This document shows, piece after piece, positions 1-8,922 of a stretch of 52,818 bases of DNA (positions are counted from its first letter, which is position 1; the number at the start of each line of letters is the position of its first letter). The DNA comes from Candidatus Daviesbacteria bacterium (lineage in GTDB: Bacteria; Patescibacteriota; Microgenomatia; Daviesbacterales; UBA10151). Location of the stretch: contig JACPEY010000033.1 of NCBI GenBank assembly GCA_016183245.1, positions 1 through 52,818 of the forward strand. Reading direction: 5' to 3'. Both the position numbers and the translations under genes were made by a program. Below the pieces are notes generated by a model. That model saw only the letters and a list, made by a program, of their open reading frames with translations. It ran no database searches and had not been told where the DNA came from.

Positions 1-306
1 ATTATTTCCACTAAACCTGATCCTTTGGATGAAAATATTGTTTCCGGAGCAGAAGCAATAGAAATAACTTTTAACAGGCCTTTAGAAAATGTGGGGGAAT
101 TTAAAAGCAGGATTGAACCGGAGATTGAATACAAAGTTGAATTATCAGGGGATAGGAAAACTGCCAAAATTATCCCGGCCAAACCATATCCTTTAGGCAC
201 AGGATTTACTTTATTTATCGGGCCTGAATCTAAATTTGACGGAGTAGGCAGATGGGGAGAAGAGAAAATTTTCCATTTTAGGACGATTAAATATACCGGG
301 GTGTAA
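1..306 (+). CDS. C-terminal fragment of an Ig-like-domain (SbsA/Big_5-like) protein; 5' end lies outside the window
   Basis: Frame 1 is open from base 1 (IISTKPDPLDENIV...) to TAA at 304-306. The beta-rich pattern resembles surface Ig-like domains. By-eye call only. Confidence 0.45.
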   Translation: MISTKPDPLDENIVSGAEAIEITFNRPLENVGEFKSRIEPEIEYKVELSGDRKTAKIIPAKPYPLGTGFTLFIGPESKFDGVGRWGEEKIFHFRTIKYTGV

Positions 307-312
307 ACACTT

Positions 313-1413
313 TTAGCTTAGTCTCACCGGCATTACAATATACTCCAACCCTTCTATTCCCATTGGTTTTATTAAGGAAGCAGACAGGGAGCCGGAGAAT
401 TCCATCATTATTTGAGTAGCAGGAGAATTTGAAACAGCATCCAGCAAAAACTTGGTATTAAAAGCAATTTTTAACTCCTCGCCCTCAATTTCACCTTCAA
501 TCTCATTTTCCTGACTGCCTACCTCTTTGGTATGAGACTCCAGCTTTAAAATGCCTTTTTTGGTAGTTAAAACAACAATATTAGCTTCATTTTTGGCAAA
601 AATTGCTGCCAGCTTAATCGCTTTTAAAAGTTCATCTTTTTCCACCATAGCCCGGGAGACAATCTTTTGCGGAATGATCTTACCCCAGGCTGGAAACTGT
701 CCTTCAATTAATCTGGAGGAAACCACTGTATTTCCTAAAGTAAATACAATCTGGTTTTGATTCTCCGAAGTTGCAATATTAACTTCATCCACCTCTTCTT
801 CAGAAATCAGCCTTAATACCTCTTCAAAAGTCCTTCTGGGAATTAAACTCCTGAATTGAGCTTGGTCCTTCGGAACATCAAGACGGCGGTGGGCTAATCT
901 AAAACCATCTGTGGCCACAAAATCGAGCTTCCCGTCAGAGACCTCTGTCAGGATCCCGGTCAAAACCGGCCGGCCTTCATCAACTGCTGAAGCAAACAAT
1001 ATTTGGGAAGAAGTTAAGAATGCTTCTTTTGGAAAATTAATGCCCGGACCTGCCGATAAAGGGATTACCGGAAACTCTGAAGCAGATATTCCATTAATAG
1101 ATGCTTTTAATTTACCTGATTCTATATTTAAAACATCACCTTCTGCTACCAACCTTAGATTGTTCTGTCCTAAACCGGATACCAACTCAACCAGAGTTTT
1201 GGCAGGTACAGTAATTTCTCCCGGCGACTCTACTTCTACATTAATATGCTTAATAACTCCTACTTCCAAATTGGTAGCAGCAATTTTCAGTCTCTTTCCC
1301 TCCACCAAAAACAATACATTATCTAAAACCGGCAGGGTTGAACGGACACCTACTGACCTGGCTACAGCTTGTAAAGAAGGCAGTAAATCTTGTTGTAAAA
1401 CAGTAAATTTCAT
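313..1413 (-). CDS. dnaN: DNA polymerase III beta sliding clamp
   Basis: 366 aa with the typical N-terminus MKFTVLQQDLLPSLQAVARSV and a three-domain clamp length. It lies immediately downstream of dnaA. Confidence 0.95.
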   Translation of the reverse strand: MKFTVLQQDLLPSLQAVARSVGVRSTLPVLDNVLFLVEGKRLKIAATNLEVGVIKHINVEVESPGEITVPAKTLVELVSGLGQNNLRLVAEGDVLNIESGKLKASINGISASEFPVIPLSAGPGINFPKEAFLTSSQILFASAVDEGRPVLTGILTEVSDGKLDFVATDGFRLAHRRLDVPKDQAQFRSLIPRRTFEEVLRLISEEEVDEVNIATSENQNQIVFTLGNTVVSSRLIEGQFPAWGKIIPQKIVSRAMVEKDELLKAIKLAAIFAKNEANIVVLTTKKGILKLESHTKEVGSQENEIEGEIEGEELKIAFNTKFLLDAVSNSPATQIMMEFSGSLSASLIKPMGIEGLEYIVMPVRLS

Positions 1414-1471
1414 AAAAGCTATTCGTGTTTCGCCGTTAGCTATTAGCCAAAATCCAATAGCTAAAAGCTAT

Positions 1472-1927
1472 CTATTTCCTTTCCCTGGTAGACACAAATC
1501 TTTGAATTTCATCCTCAGTTACCTTAATTAATCTAAAATTAACCCGGCCTGCAGCTATAAGGTTTTTAATGTGTTTTTCCTCTTCTGTCAAGACATGAAA
1601 TTGTCCTGATTTAACTTCAATAAAATCAATCCGCTCGTTATTTTTAATGCCGATAAAATCAATCGGCCATCCTAAAGGAATAATCCTGTCATAATCATAA
1701 CGAAGTTCGGCATACGTTAAAAGCTCAGCCATCTTACCTTTTTGCGGATTTATAGAACCTTGAATAGTTTGCAAAACTCTTGCCGGCAGATCCTGTACGC
1801 CTTTATAAAGATCAATTAAATCTGTAGGTATATCTGTTTTTCCCCTACCATGCAGTCTGCCAATTAAATAAGTAACTAATAAAAACAAAACCAGTATGCC
1901 TATAAGGGTCCAATTAAAGTTATCCAC
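1472..1927 (-). CDS. Membrane-anchored PD-(D/E)XK endonuclease, Holliday-junction-resolvase-like
   Basis: N-terminal TM helix (WTLIGILVLFLLVTYLIG). Nuclease-like D...E-x-K core in IDFIGIKNNERIDFIEVKSG. The GTG start overlaps a DnaA-box-like 9-mer. Confidence 0.5.
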   Translation of the reverse strand: MDNFNWTLIGILVLFLLVTYLIGRLHGRGKTDIPTDLIDLYKGVQDLPARVLQTIQGSINPQKGKMAELLTYAELRYDYDRIIPLGWPIDFIGIKNNERIDFIEVKSGQFHVLTEEEKHIKNLIAAGRVNFRLIKVTEDEIQRFVSTRERK

Positions 1928-2246
1928 GATTTTTTCGATTATACTACACTCTTTATTAAATAGTAGTAATTGTTAGTATAGTTTGTGGATATGTTGATAA
2001 ACTAAAATTTCTAAGTTGGATTTCGCCTAAGGTTCGTGTTGATTGGCTGTTTATTTCCAGTGGATAAGTTGTGGATAAATAGGAGTTTTCGGTGGAAAAC
2101 TTTTGGATTTTAGTGTCTCAAGACTAGAAGTCATCTCAAAACCCTAATGTCATTCTGGGGACGAACGTAGTGAGGACTCCAGAATCTGTCTGATCCGTGG
2201 ATTCTGGACTCGATGACTCGCCAGAATGACAGTTTTGAAATAGGCT
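1920..2246. promoter_or_regulatory. Putative oriC segment: DnaA-box cluster in the dnaA-dnaN spacer
   Basis: 9-mers matching TTATCCACA or its complement: 1920-1928 TTATCCACG, 1984-1992 TGTGGATAT, 2059-2067 AGTGGATAA, 2070-2078 TGTGGATAA (perfect). The flanks are AT-rich. Confidence 0.6.
2149..2230. repeat. MITE-like palindromic repeat (GTCATTCTGG...CCAGAATGAC), intergenic copy inside the putative oriC spacer
   Basis: Terminal inverted repeats GTCATTCTGG/CCAGAATGAC. The left arm is near-identical to the copy at 16784-16890. Confidence 0.8.
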
Positions 2247-3572
2247 CTAAGAGCTCATTAGCTTTTGTTTGATTTCAATGAACATCCTTTGTACTTCCCT
2301 ATCCTGATTGACCAATTTTTTAATTTTATCCCTGCCGTGCATAACAGTTGTATGATCCCGTTTACCTAACAGTTGTCCTATTTTTTCCACAGTTAAATTT
2401 AATTGTTCACTTAAGATAAACATAGTAATATGCCGCGGCAAAACCAGTTCTTTTTGTCTTTTTGCTCCGGTTAAATCTTTCTGGTTTAGGTTAAAATATT
2501 CACAAACTGTTTCCAGAACTTTTTTGGGTTCAATCTTAATATTACTTTGCTGGATGGATTTAGTCTGAAGATGCTTGCCAATATTCTCCGGCGTAGGAGG
2601 CAGGTTTTGAACTTGCAGGAGTTGTAGTATTCCAACGAGTTGTCCTTCCAACTCCCTTATATTGGTTTCAAAAGAAGCAGCCAACATTTTTAAAGTTTCC
2701 TCCGGCAGGTTTGCTTTGTGCTCCAGGCATTTTGACCGCAAAATTGCAACCCTGGTATCAAAATCAGGTTGTTGGATATCAATCATCAAACCTCCGACAA
2801 ATCTGGACTTTAACCGGTCTTCCAGTTTGGGGATTTCGTGCGGAGATCTGTCTGAGGTTAAAACTATCTGGCTGTTTTTACCAATAAGCTCATTAAAAGT
2901 ATGAAAAAACTCTTCCTGGGTTCCTTCGCGGCCGGAAAAAAATTGAATATCATCAACCAGCAGTACATCTGCCAGGCGGTATTTGGCCCGCAAATCTCCC
3001 ATTTTGCGGGTTTGGATGGCTGCAACATAGTCATTCATGAATTTTTCTGAAGGAGAGTAGATAATTTTGGCATGAGGTTTTTTATCCAAAATAGCATTGC
3101 CGATGCCGAGCATCAGATGTGTTTTTCCGACACCTGTACCGCCATAGATAAATAAAGGGTTGTAAGATGTGCCGGGGTTTTGGACAATTGCCTGGGCTGC
3201 CGCATAAGCTACATTATTAGAGGGACCAACTACATAGTTTGATAAAGAATATTTGGGGTTTAAGACAGAAACTGCAGCTTGAATAGGCTGGAAAAAATCC
3301 TCTTCTTTTTCCTCTGTCTGTTTTTCTGCTTCTTTAACAATAAATTCAACCGCTACACTTTTTCCCAAAAGATTGGCAAAGCCGGTTTCTATAATAGGCA
3401 GGTATTTTTGGCTCAAAGTTTCTTTAACGAAAGCATGAGGGGTGGAAAGTACTATTTTGTCATCTGAGCAGCTTTTTAAAGAAGCTTTTAGAAACCAGGC
3501 CTTGTAATTGACAGGGCCTACTTGGGATTTGATGGTTTCTAAAAATTTGTGCCAAAGGCGTAAATTGTCCAT
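2247..3572 (-). CDS. dnaA: Chromosomal replication initiator DnaA
   Basis: Walker A GGTGVGKTHL, AAA+ core, and C-terminal DNA-binding helix region (HTTVMHGRDKI). I prefer the ATG at 3572 (MDNLRLWHKF) over the track start at 3602, because the extra 10 codons are made of two perfect DnaA boxes. Confidence 0.95.
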   Translation of the reverse strand: MDNLRLWHKFLETIKSQVGPVNYKAWFLKASLKSCSDDKIVLSTPHAFVKETLSQKYLPIIETGFANLLGKSVAVEFIVKEAEKQTEEKEEDFFQPIQAAVSVLNPKYSLSNYVVGPSNNVAYAAAQAIVQNPGTSYNPLFIYGGTGVGKTHLMLGIGNAILDKKPHAKIIYSPSEKFMNDYVAAIQTRKMGDLRAKYRLADVLLVDDIQFFSGREGTQEEFFHTFNELIGKNSQIVLTSDRSPHEIPKLEDRLKSRFVGGLMIDIQQPDFDTRVAILRSKCLEHKANLPEETLKMLAASFETNIRELEGQLVGILQLLQVQNLPPTPENIGKHLQTKSIQQSNIKIEPKKVLETVCEYFNLNQKDLTGAKRQKELVLPRHITMFILSEQLNLTVEKIGQLLGKRDHTTVMHGRDKIKKLVNQDREVQRMFIEIKQKLMSS

Positions 3573-3573
3573 T

Positions 3574-3601
3574 GTGGATAAGTCAAAATCAGTTATCCAC
3601 A
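3574..3601. promoter_or_regulatory. Pair of perfect DnaA boxes immediately upstream of dnaA
   Basis: TGTGGATAA at 3574-3582 and TTATCCACA at 3593-3601, convergently oriented. Confidence 0.7.
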
Positions 3602-3703
3602 ATTTAATTCACATTATCCCCTCTTTCAATATGGAGAAACTATAAATAAGTAGATCAAGTTTGTGTTGATTATAAAGATTATAACAGTTATAATGTTTAT
3701 ATT

Positions 3704-3841
3704 ATGCCAAAAAGAACATATCAACCCAAAAAGTTAAAAAGAATTAAAAAGCATGGCTATCGGGCCAGGGCTGCAACTTCCGGCGGACAGAAGGTTTTAA
3801 AAAGAAGAAGGGCAACAGGTAGGGCTCGCCTCGCAATTTGA
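3704..3841 (+). CDS. rpmH: 50S ribosomal protein L34
   Basis: Hand translation gives [45 protein letters not shown] (45 aa). It is absent from the ORF track because it is short. The stop overlaps the rnpA ATG (ATGA). Confidence 0.9.
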   Translation: MPKRTYQPKKLKRIKKHGYRARAATSGGQKVLKRRRATGRARLAI

Positions 3842-4179
3842 TGCTTTCCAAAGATAAACGCCTTAATTTAAAAACAGACTTTAAATGGGCAGCTGGTGGC
3901 AAAAAACTGGAAACAAAGTATTTAAAACTTTTTGTTAAGGTAGGAGATAATGAGTTTCCAAGGGTAGGGATAGCTGTTTCTTCTAAAGTTTTTAAAAAGG
4001 CTACAGAGCGCAACAAAGCCAGAAGAGTTGTTTCTGCAGCATTTGAATCTCTTTACTCAAGTTTGCCGTCTACTATTAATATAGTGGCTCTTCCCAAAGC
4101 AGGGGCAACTAATGTAAAATCAGGAGATATTCTTTTGGATCTGGAGGAAGGGTTAAAAGAAGCGCGAATAATACAATGA
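3838..4179 (+). CDS. rnpA: RNase P protein component
   Basis: 113 aa and basic, in the conserved rpmH-rnpA-yidD-yidC order. The start overlaps the rpmH stop. Confidence 0.85.
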   Translation: MMLSKDKRLNLKTDFKWAAGGKKLETKYLKLFVKVGDNEFPRVGIAVSSKVFKKATERNKARRVVSAAFESLYSSLPSTINIVALPKAGATNVKSGDILLDLEEGLKEARIIQ

Positions 4180-4379
4180 TTATAAATTTTATGACTTTTA
4201 TAATAAATTTTTATCAAAAATATCTCTCTTTTGACAGGGGAGTTTTGGCAGTTTTTGCACCCGGCGGGGCTTGCAGGTATGAAGTAAGTTGCTCGGAATA
4301 TACTAAGCAAAAAATCAGGGAAGTTGGGGCAATGAGGGGAATTTGGTTAGGTTTGATAAGAATCTGGAGGTGCAGGTGA
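4176..4379 (+). CDS. yidD: Membrane protein insertion efficiency factor YidD
   Basis: Motif FYQKYLS...CRYEVSCSEY, ~67 aa, located between rnpA and yidC. Confidence 0.85.
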   Translation: MIINFMTFIINFYQKYLSFDRGVLAVFAPGGACRYEVSCSEYTKQKIREVGAMRGIWLGLIRIWRCR

Positions 4380-5254
4380 GCGGTATCGGCGATATATTTA
4401 ATTTAATTTTTTTCGGCCCGGTTATTAATCTGTTGGTGTTAATTTTCCAGGGATTGCAAGCGCTGCATATACCGGGAGCATTAGGTTTTGCCATATTGTT
4501 TTTGACAATTTTGATAAGGATTTTGGTCTGGCCGTTTATGGCTTCACAAATTAAAGCCACTAAAAAAATGGCGGATCTTAAGCCCCACCTGGATGCTTTG
4601 AAGAAAAAGCACAAAGGTGATAAGCAGGCTTTTGCTGCTGCACAGATGGCTCTTTATAAAGAGCACGGTGTAAATCCGGCCGGAGGCTGTTTGCCTGCCC
4701 TTATTCAAATTCCCGTTTTTATTGCTCTTTACCAGTCAATAATTCATATTTTGCCTGGAGGCAATATTAACCAGATAAATTCTTTGCTGTATTTTCCTCA
4801 GCTAAAGCTTCCATCCACCTTAGACCCGAATTTTTTCGGACTGAACTTAGGCATTAAACCATCGGAGTTTGGAAGCCAGGGATTCTTGTTGCTTTTAATT
4901 CCCCTTTTGACTGCAGGTTTAACCTTTGTGCAATCCAAGATGACTTTACCGAAACCGATTAAGCACTATCCGTCTGATTCCCCTAAAGAAGAGAAGGAGA
5001 AGGAGGGTTTGGAAGAAAGTATGGGACAGGTTCAGTCGCAGATGGTTTATCTGATGCCTATTATGATTGGTTATTTTGCTTTCTCTTTTCCGGTGGGGCT
5101 TGCAATTTATTGGAATACGTATACAATACTCGGGATAATCCAACAGCACCGGGTTTCCGGCTGGGGAGGATTGACTGACCTTACGGTCAGAATTAAAAAT
5201 TTAAAATTTAAAATTTCTAAAAAACAAAAAGACTATGGAAAATCAGTTGAGTGA
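4376..5254 (+). CDS. yidC: Membrane protein insertase YidC (short form)
   Basis: Conserved MADLKPHLDALKKKHKGDKQ...YKEHGVNPAGGCLPALIQIPVF. I prefer the GTG at 4376, which has GGAGG at 4366-4370 and a GTGA overlap with the yidD stop, over the TTG at 4343. Confidence 0.9.
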   Translation: MSGIGDIFNLIFFGPVINLLVLIFQGLQALHIPGALGFAILFLTILIRILVWPFMASQIKATKKMADLKPHLDALKKKHKGDKQAFAAAQMALYKEHGVNPAGGCLPALIQIPVFIALYQSIIHILPGGNINQINSLLYFPQLKLPSTLDPNFFGLNLGIKPSEFGSQGFLLLLIPLLTAGLTFVQSKMTLPKPIKHYPSDSPKEEKEKEGLEESMGQVQSQMVYLMPIMIGYFAFSFPVGLAIYWNTYTILGIIQQHRVSGWGGLTDLTVRIKNLKFKISKKQKDYGKSVE

Positions 5255-5724
5255 AATACTAGATAACTTGCTCGGCATGCTGCTTTTAGAGGGTAGTTAT
5301 GAGATAGAGGAAAATGATGAAAACTTTCTGGTTTCTATTGAAACAAAAGATGCCGGCAGGTTAATCGGAGCCAGAGGTGATTCTTTGGATGCTTTGCAGC
5401 TTCTCGTTAATCAGATGGTTGCTTATAGATGTTGAAGGATGGAGAAAGCAAAAAGAAGAAGAGCTTAAAAAAAGTGCAGAGAGTTGGGGTAAGCAGGTTT
5501 TAGAAAGCGGTAAAGAAATAGCGCTTGAACCACAATCCCCCTGGCAAAGAAGAATTGTGCATATGGTGATTTCAGAAATGGAAGGCGTGGAAAGTGAAAG
5601 CGCAGGAGAAGGAAGAGACAGGCATATTATTATCAAGATCAAAAATCATCCTTCGGCTTCGCTCAGGACAAGAAAATCAAAGGTTGAAACTGAAGAACCA
5701 GATGCTGAAAATAAAGAAGGCTGA
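5235..5724 (+). pseudogene. khpB: jag/khpB-like KH + R3H RNA-binding protein split by a 1-nt frame change
   Basis: The KH part (GRLIGARGDSLDALQLLVNQ) ends at the stop at 5433-5435. The R3H part (IDVEGWRKQKEE...PWQRRIVHMVI...ESESAGEG) continues in the +1 frame to 5724. This could also be an assembly indel. Confidence 0.6.
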
Positions 5725-6919
5725 AGACACTCTCCTTTTTTTAACCCTACTCTTTTTGCCCACTCAACTAGGTAAACATTTTTGGCCTTCGTTCTCTTAT
5801 ATATATTCTTTAAAAATTGACTATCTGTCCCCTGTCATTTATTTTTGGGACATTCTGGCAGCAGGACTTCTGGCAGTTTGGTTTCTGCAAAAACCAAAGA
5901 TTAATAAACTTGCGCTTAACCTTTTGTTGGTGTTTTTGTTTACCCAGGCTTTGTCTTTAATTGGTGCCGGAAATATTGGAGCAGGGCTGGTAAGACTTGA
6001 GCAATATATACTGGCTGGTTTTTTTGGAGTATATCTTTCCTCCCTGGACTTTAAAAGTCTGGCGCAAAAAATTTTCCTGCCGCTTGCTTTAGGTATTTTA
6101 GGGCAAGCTCTTATAGCAATCCTGCAGTTTTTAAAGGGTTCAACTATTGGTTTTTGGTTTTTGGGCGAAAGGACTTTTAGTATTACAACACCCGGGATTG
6201 CCAAATTTGACTTTTATGGCAACCAGTTTTTAAGGCCTTATGCAACTTTTCCTCTCCCAAATGTTCTGGCAGGATATTTAGTAGTTATGGTTTATGGTTT
6301 ATGGTTTATGGTTTATAGGCAGAAACGTCTTTTAAAAGCAGTTTCAATATTAGCAGCAGTGATAATTTTTCTGACTATGTCAAGGGTGGCAATTTTGGCT
6401 GGAATGGTGGCGGTTCTGGTAATGCTGCGGCGTCAATCAATAAAGATTATAATTCTTATAACTATTATAACAATTATACTTTCCCCTATTCTTTTTATCC
6501 GATTTTCTGCTATTTTTAACTTTGACAGTTTAACACTAACAAGGCGGGAGGAGCTGATAGGAAGCGCATGGCAGATTTTTTTAAAAAAGCCTTTTTTTGG
6601 AGTGGGTTTAAATAACTTTATTCCGGTTTCAGCCGGAGATTTATTAACAGGTCCCAGCCGTTTTCTGCAGCCGGTCCATAATATTTTATTACTGGAACTG
6701 GCTGAGACAGGAATAATTGGCTTGATGGGATTATTGGGTCTCATCGGATACCCGGTATTAAAAAGATCAAAATTCAAAATTCAAAATTCAAAATTATTGT
6801 GGGTTATAATTCTTTTTCTGGGGATGTTTGATCACTATTTTTTAACTTTGCCTCAGGGTTACCGGCTGCTGTTTTTAATCTGGGGATTATCTTTTAGTTC
6901 TTCTGCAAAAACTGCTTAA
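5702..6919 (+). CDS. O-antigen ligase/polymerase-like (Wzy_C-type) polytopic membrane protein
   Basis: Many TM helices plus typical segments MSRVAILAGMVAVLV and PVHNILLLELAETGIIGL. The start is placed at the ATG at 5702, since upstream codons overlap jag. Confidence 0.7.
   Translation: MLKIKKAEDTLLFLTLLFLPTQLGKHFWPSFSYIYSLKIDYLSPVIYFWDILAAGLLAVWFLQKPKINKLALNLLLVFLFTQALSLIGAGNIGAGLVRLEQYILAGFFGVYLSSLDFKSLAQKIFLPLALGILGQALIAILQFLKGSTIGFWFLGERTFSITTPGIAKFDFYGNQFLRPYATFPLPNVLAGYLVVMVYGLWFMVYRQKRLLKAVSILAAVIIFLTMSRVAILAGMVAVLVMLRRQSIKIIILITIITIILSPILFIRFSAIFNFDSLTLTRREELIGSAWQIFLKKPFFGVGLNNFIPVSAGDLLTGPSRFLQPVHNILLLELAETGIIGLMGLLGLIGYPVLKRSKFKIQNSKLLWVIILFLGMFDHYFLTLPQGYRLLFLIWGLSFSSSAKTA
6767..6794. 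repeat. Heptanucleotide tandem repeat (TCAAAAT)x4 inside a CDS
   Basis: Four perfect 7-nt units, translated as KFKIQNSK near the C-terminal part of the O-antigen-ligase-like protein. Confidence 0.9.
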
Positions 6920-7433
6920 GTTTTTTAACAGCCAGTCCTCTCATGCTGATGGAATTTTTTTCTTTTAGGGTCATTTGGGCAAAGGTTTTATTGTAGCCTT
7001 CCGGCATAAAAATATCATTCCATCCAAAACTCTTATCTCCTTTTGGCGAGACGATTTCTCCTTTGATTTCTCCGCTGAAAAAATGGATATTATTTTTATC
7101 TTTTGCATAACCGATGATTGTTTTGGCCAAAGCCTTGCTATTATCCAATTTATTTGTCAGTTTATATAAACCAAAACTTCCAAGTTTTTGCAAAAACCAC
7201 TTTATTAAAGGCCCGGGTAAACCGTTTAAACAATCCAGATAAAGTGATGTATCCTCAACAATAAATTCTCCGCTATGATGCAAAAAAGCCTCTTTTAATT
7301 TTTCCGCTATAATTTTTTCAGCATCAGTTTCCTGCAGTTCGGGTAGTGCAATATTAAGCTGTTTTAACTCCGGCATTAAATCCTGCATTTCTTTAAACTT
7401 ATGTTTGCTGCCGGTAATAAAGTATAAAGCCAT
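6894..7433 (-). CDS. rdgB: Non-canonical purine NTP pyrophosphatase (HAM1/RdgB/ITPase family)
   Basis: FITGSKHKFKE..., EDTSLYLDCLNGLPGP, FGWNDIF, and SMRGLA near the C-terminus. Confidence 0.85.
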   Translation of the reverse strand: MALYFITGSKHKFKEMQDLMPELKQLNIALPELQETDAEKIIAEKLKEAFLHHSGEFIVEDTSLYLDCLNGLPGPLIKWFLQKLGSFGLYKLTNKLDNSKALAKTIIGYAKDKNNIHFFSGEIKGEIVSPKGDKSFGWNDIFMPEGYNKTFAQMTLKEKNSISMRGLAVKKLKQFLQKN

Positions 7434-7476
7434 ATCAGGAGTATATCATCTATGAAGCATATAATTTGTTTATTAT

Positions 7477-8922
7477 CTAAGGATCTTTTGTAAACAGTTC
7501 CTCATAATCAATTCTCTCTCCTGCAATCACTTTTTTTTGTAATTCAGTAGCCGAATAAGCTAGTTGCTCGCAACGGGCATCTAATAGTTTTTTGATCGGT
7601 CTGGCTATTTCATCGTAATTTTTAGGGCAGAAGCTATTTTTACCGTGTCTGCTAATAGGTTTATAGGATGTAGAGAGTCTATAGAAAACGTCAGGGAAAT
7701 CAAGTGATTCATTTAGAGCTTCCGAGAGGATTTTGCTCTTTTTTTCCGGATCAAGATTGGGGTTATTTGCAACCCCGTTTTGAAATGCCGCCAGTATTCT
7801 AGGTATTCTTTGTTCAACTACCTCTCTTAGCATATCAACTATATTTTGCAAAGGAACTGTAACGCCTTCCATGGCTTTTAAAGCTAGAGAATCTGCGTAT
7901 TCTAATTCTGCTAATCCGTTTAAGCAGGTGCTAAATGATTCTCTGGCATATTGTTGCGCAGAATAGTATTCGCCGTAGGTAATCCGAGAAGCAAAAAGTA
8001 TGAAATCTTTCCAGAATCTTACGGTTCGCCTTTTTACATTCAGATAATTTTCTCCTTGGTAATCTTTTTTCCACCGCTTTACATCGCTTATTATAGGAGA
8101 CCCTTTTTTTAAAAAAGCATTAATTAGATATGCTTGAGCGGGAGTTAAAAAAGTTATGATATTTTCAATCTCTTCCGGGGTTTTTCCGGCTACAACTAAT
8201 GCTCTGTGTCTTTCTCCTAAATACCTCATCTGATATTTTGATCTTTCAAGTTCTTCAAAAATCACTTGCTCCCAGATTGTTTTTGTAGTTCCAGAACCAG
8301 AAAGCGCTCTTCGGTATGACTCGATATCTTCCTCTAGCGCTGATTTATAACATCCTTCTTTACCAAAGTATATTTCATGATTGATACTTCTTATGTAAAG
8401 CCAAGATTGAGAATCTTGTCTGCTGGTAATATATTCTTCTGTGATTGCCTGAAGTTCGTCAAGATATGTGCCAACCAAATAAGTCAGACCGCCTTTAATA
8501 AGCCTTCTAAAGCCATGTATATCCCCCGCATTTAGAAGTGTTTCGATTGCCAAAGTTGATTGATCCTGCAGTCTTTGTTTATTTGCTAGCCAATCTTCTA
8601 CTGAAGCTGGTTCTTTGCAGAGGTACTGAGGATGAAAGTAGCTATATTTCTGATGTCTTCTTTCATGAGAAACGCTCTGAGGAATATTATGACGAAAATC
8701 AGGATCATCATTTACCAAAAAGTATGGAGCCTTAGCTCCTTCTATAGAAATAAGATACCTTTCAGAAGAAGATCCGATTACGTTAGTCCTATTATGGGGA
8801 TCCTTCCTAAGTTCGTAGAAAGGATCTTTTCTTACTAATATCGCAAGAGAGGTTGGGTGTATCGATATTTCCATGATATCTTCTATACTGCATCCAAGTG
8901 AAGTTGCCACAATTTCATCCAA
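7477..8922 (-). CDS. Hypothetical protein (ORFan), probable downstream part of a frameshift-fused gene
   Basis: Long open frame whose track start is a TTG. The frame stays open upstream to the stop at 8971-8973. No motif I recognise. Confidence 0.6.
   Translation of the reverse strand: MDEIVATSLGCSIEDIMEISIHPTSLAILVRKDPFYELRKDPHNRTNVIGSSSERYLISIEGAKAPYFLVNDDPDFRHNIPQSVSHERRHQKYSYFHPQYLCKEPASVEDWLANKQRLQDQSTLAIETLLNAGDIHGFRRLIKGGLTYLVGTYLDELQAITEEYITSRQDSQSWLYIRSINHEIYFGKEGCYKSALEEDIESYRRALSGSGTTKTIWEQVIFEELERSKYQMRYLGERHRALVVAGKTPEEIENIITFLTPAQAYLINAFLKKGSPIISDVKRWKKDYQGENYLNVKRRTVRFWKDFILFASRITYGEYYSAQQYARESFSTCLNGLAELEYADSLALKAMEGVTVPLQNIVDMLREVVEQRIPRILAAFQNGVANNPNLDPEKKSKILSEALNESLDFPDVFYRLSTSYKPISRHGKNSFCPKNYDEIARPIKKLLDARCEQLAYSATELQKKVIAGERIDYEELFTKDP

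Noticed and set aside
551-1531. ORFs at 551-760 and 911-1531 on the plus strand, overlapping dnaN
   Set aside because: They are antisense to a confidently identified dnaN. Their translations are low-complexity and Ser/Pro/Thr-rich, typical of shadow frames.
3573-3602. The first 10 codons of the track dnaA ORF (MWITDFDLST)
   Set aside because: This stretch consists of two perfect DnaA boxes. The ATG at 3572 gives a normal DnaA N-terminus.
5594-5701. N-terminal extension of the O-antigen-ligase-like ORF overlapping jag
   Set aside because: It is highly basic non-membrane sequence in the alternative frame of the jag R3H region. An internal ATG at 5702 precedes the first TM helix.
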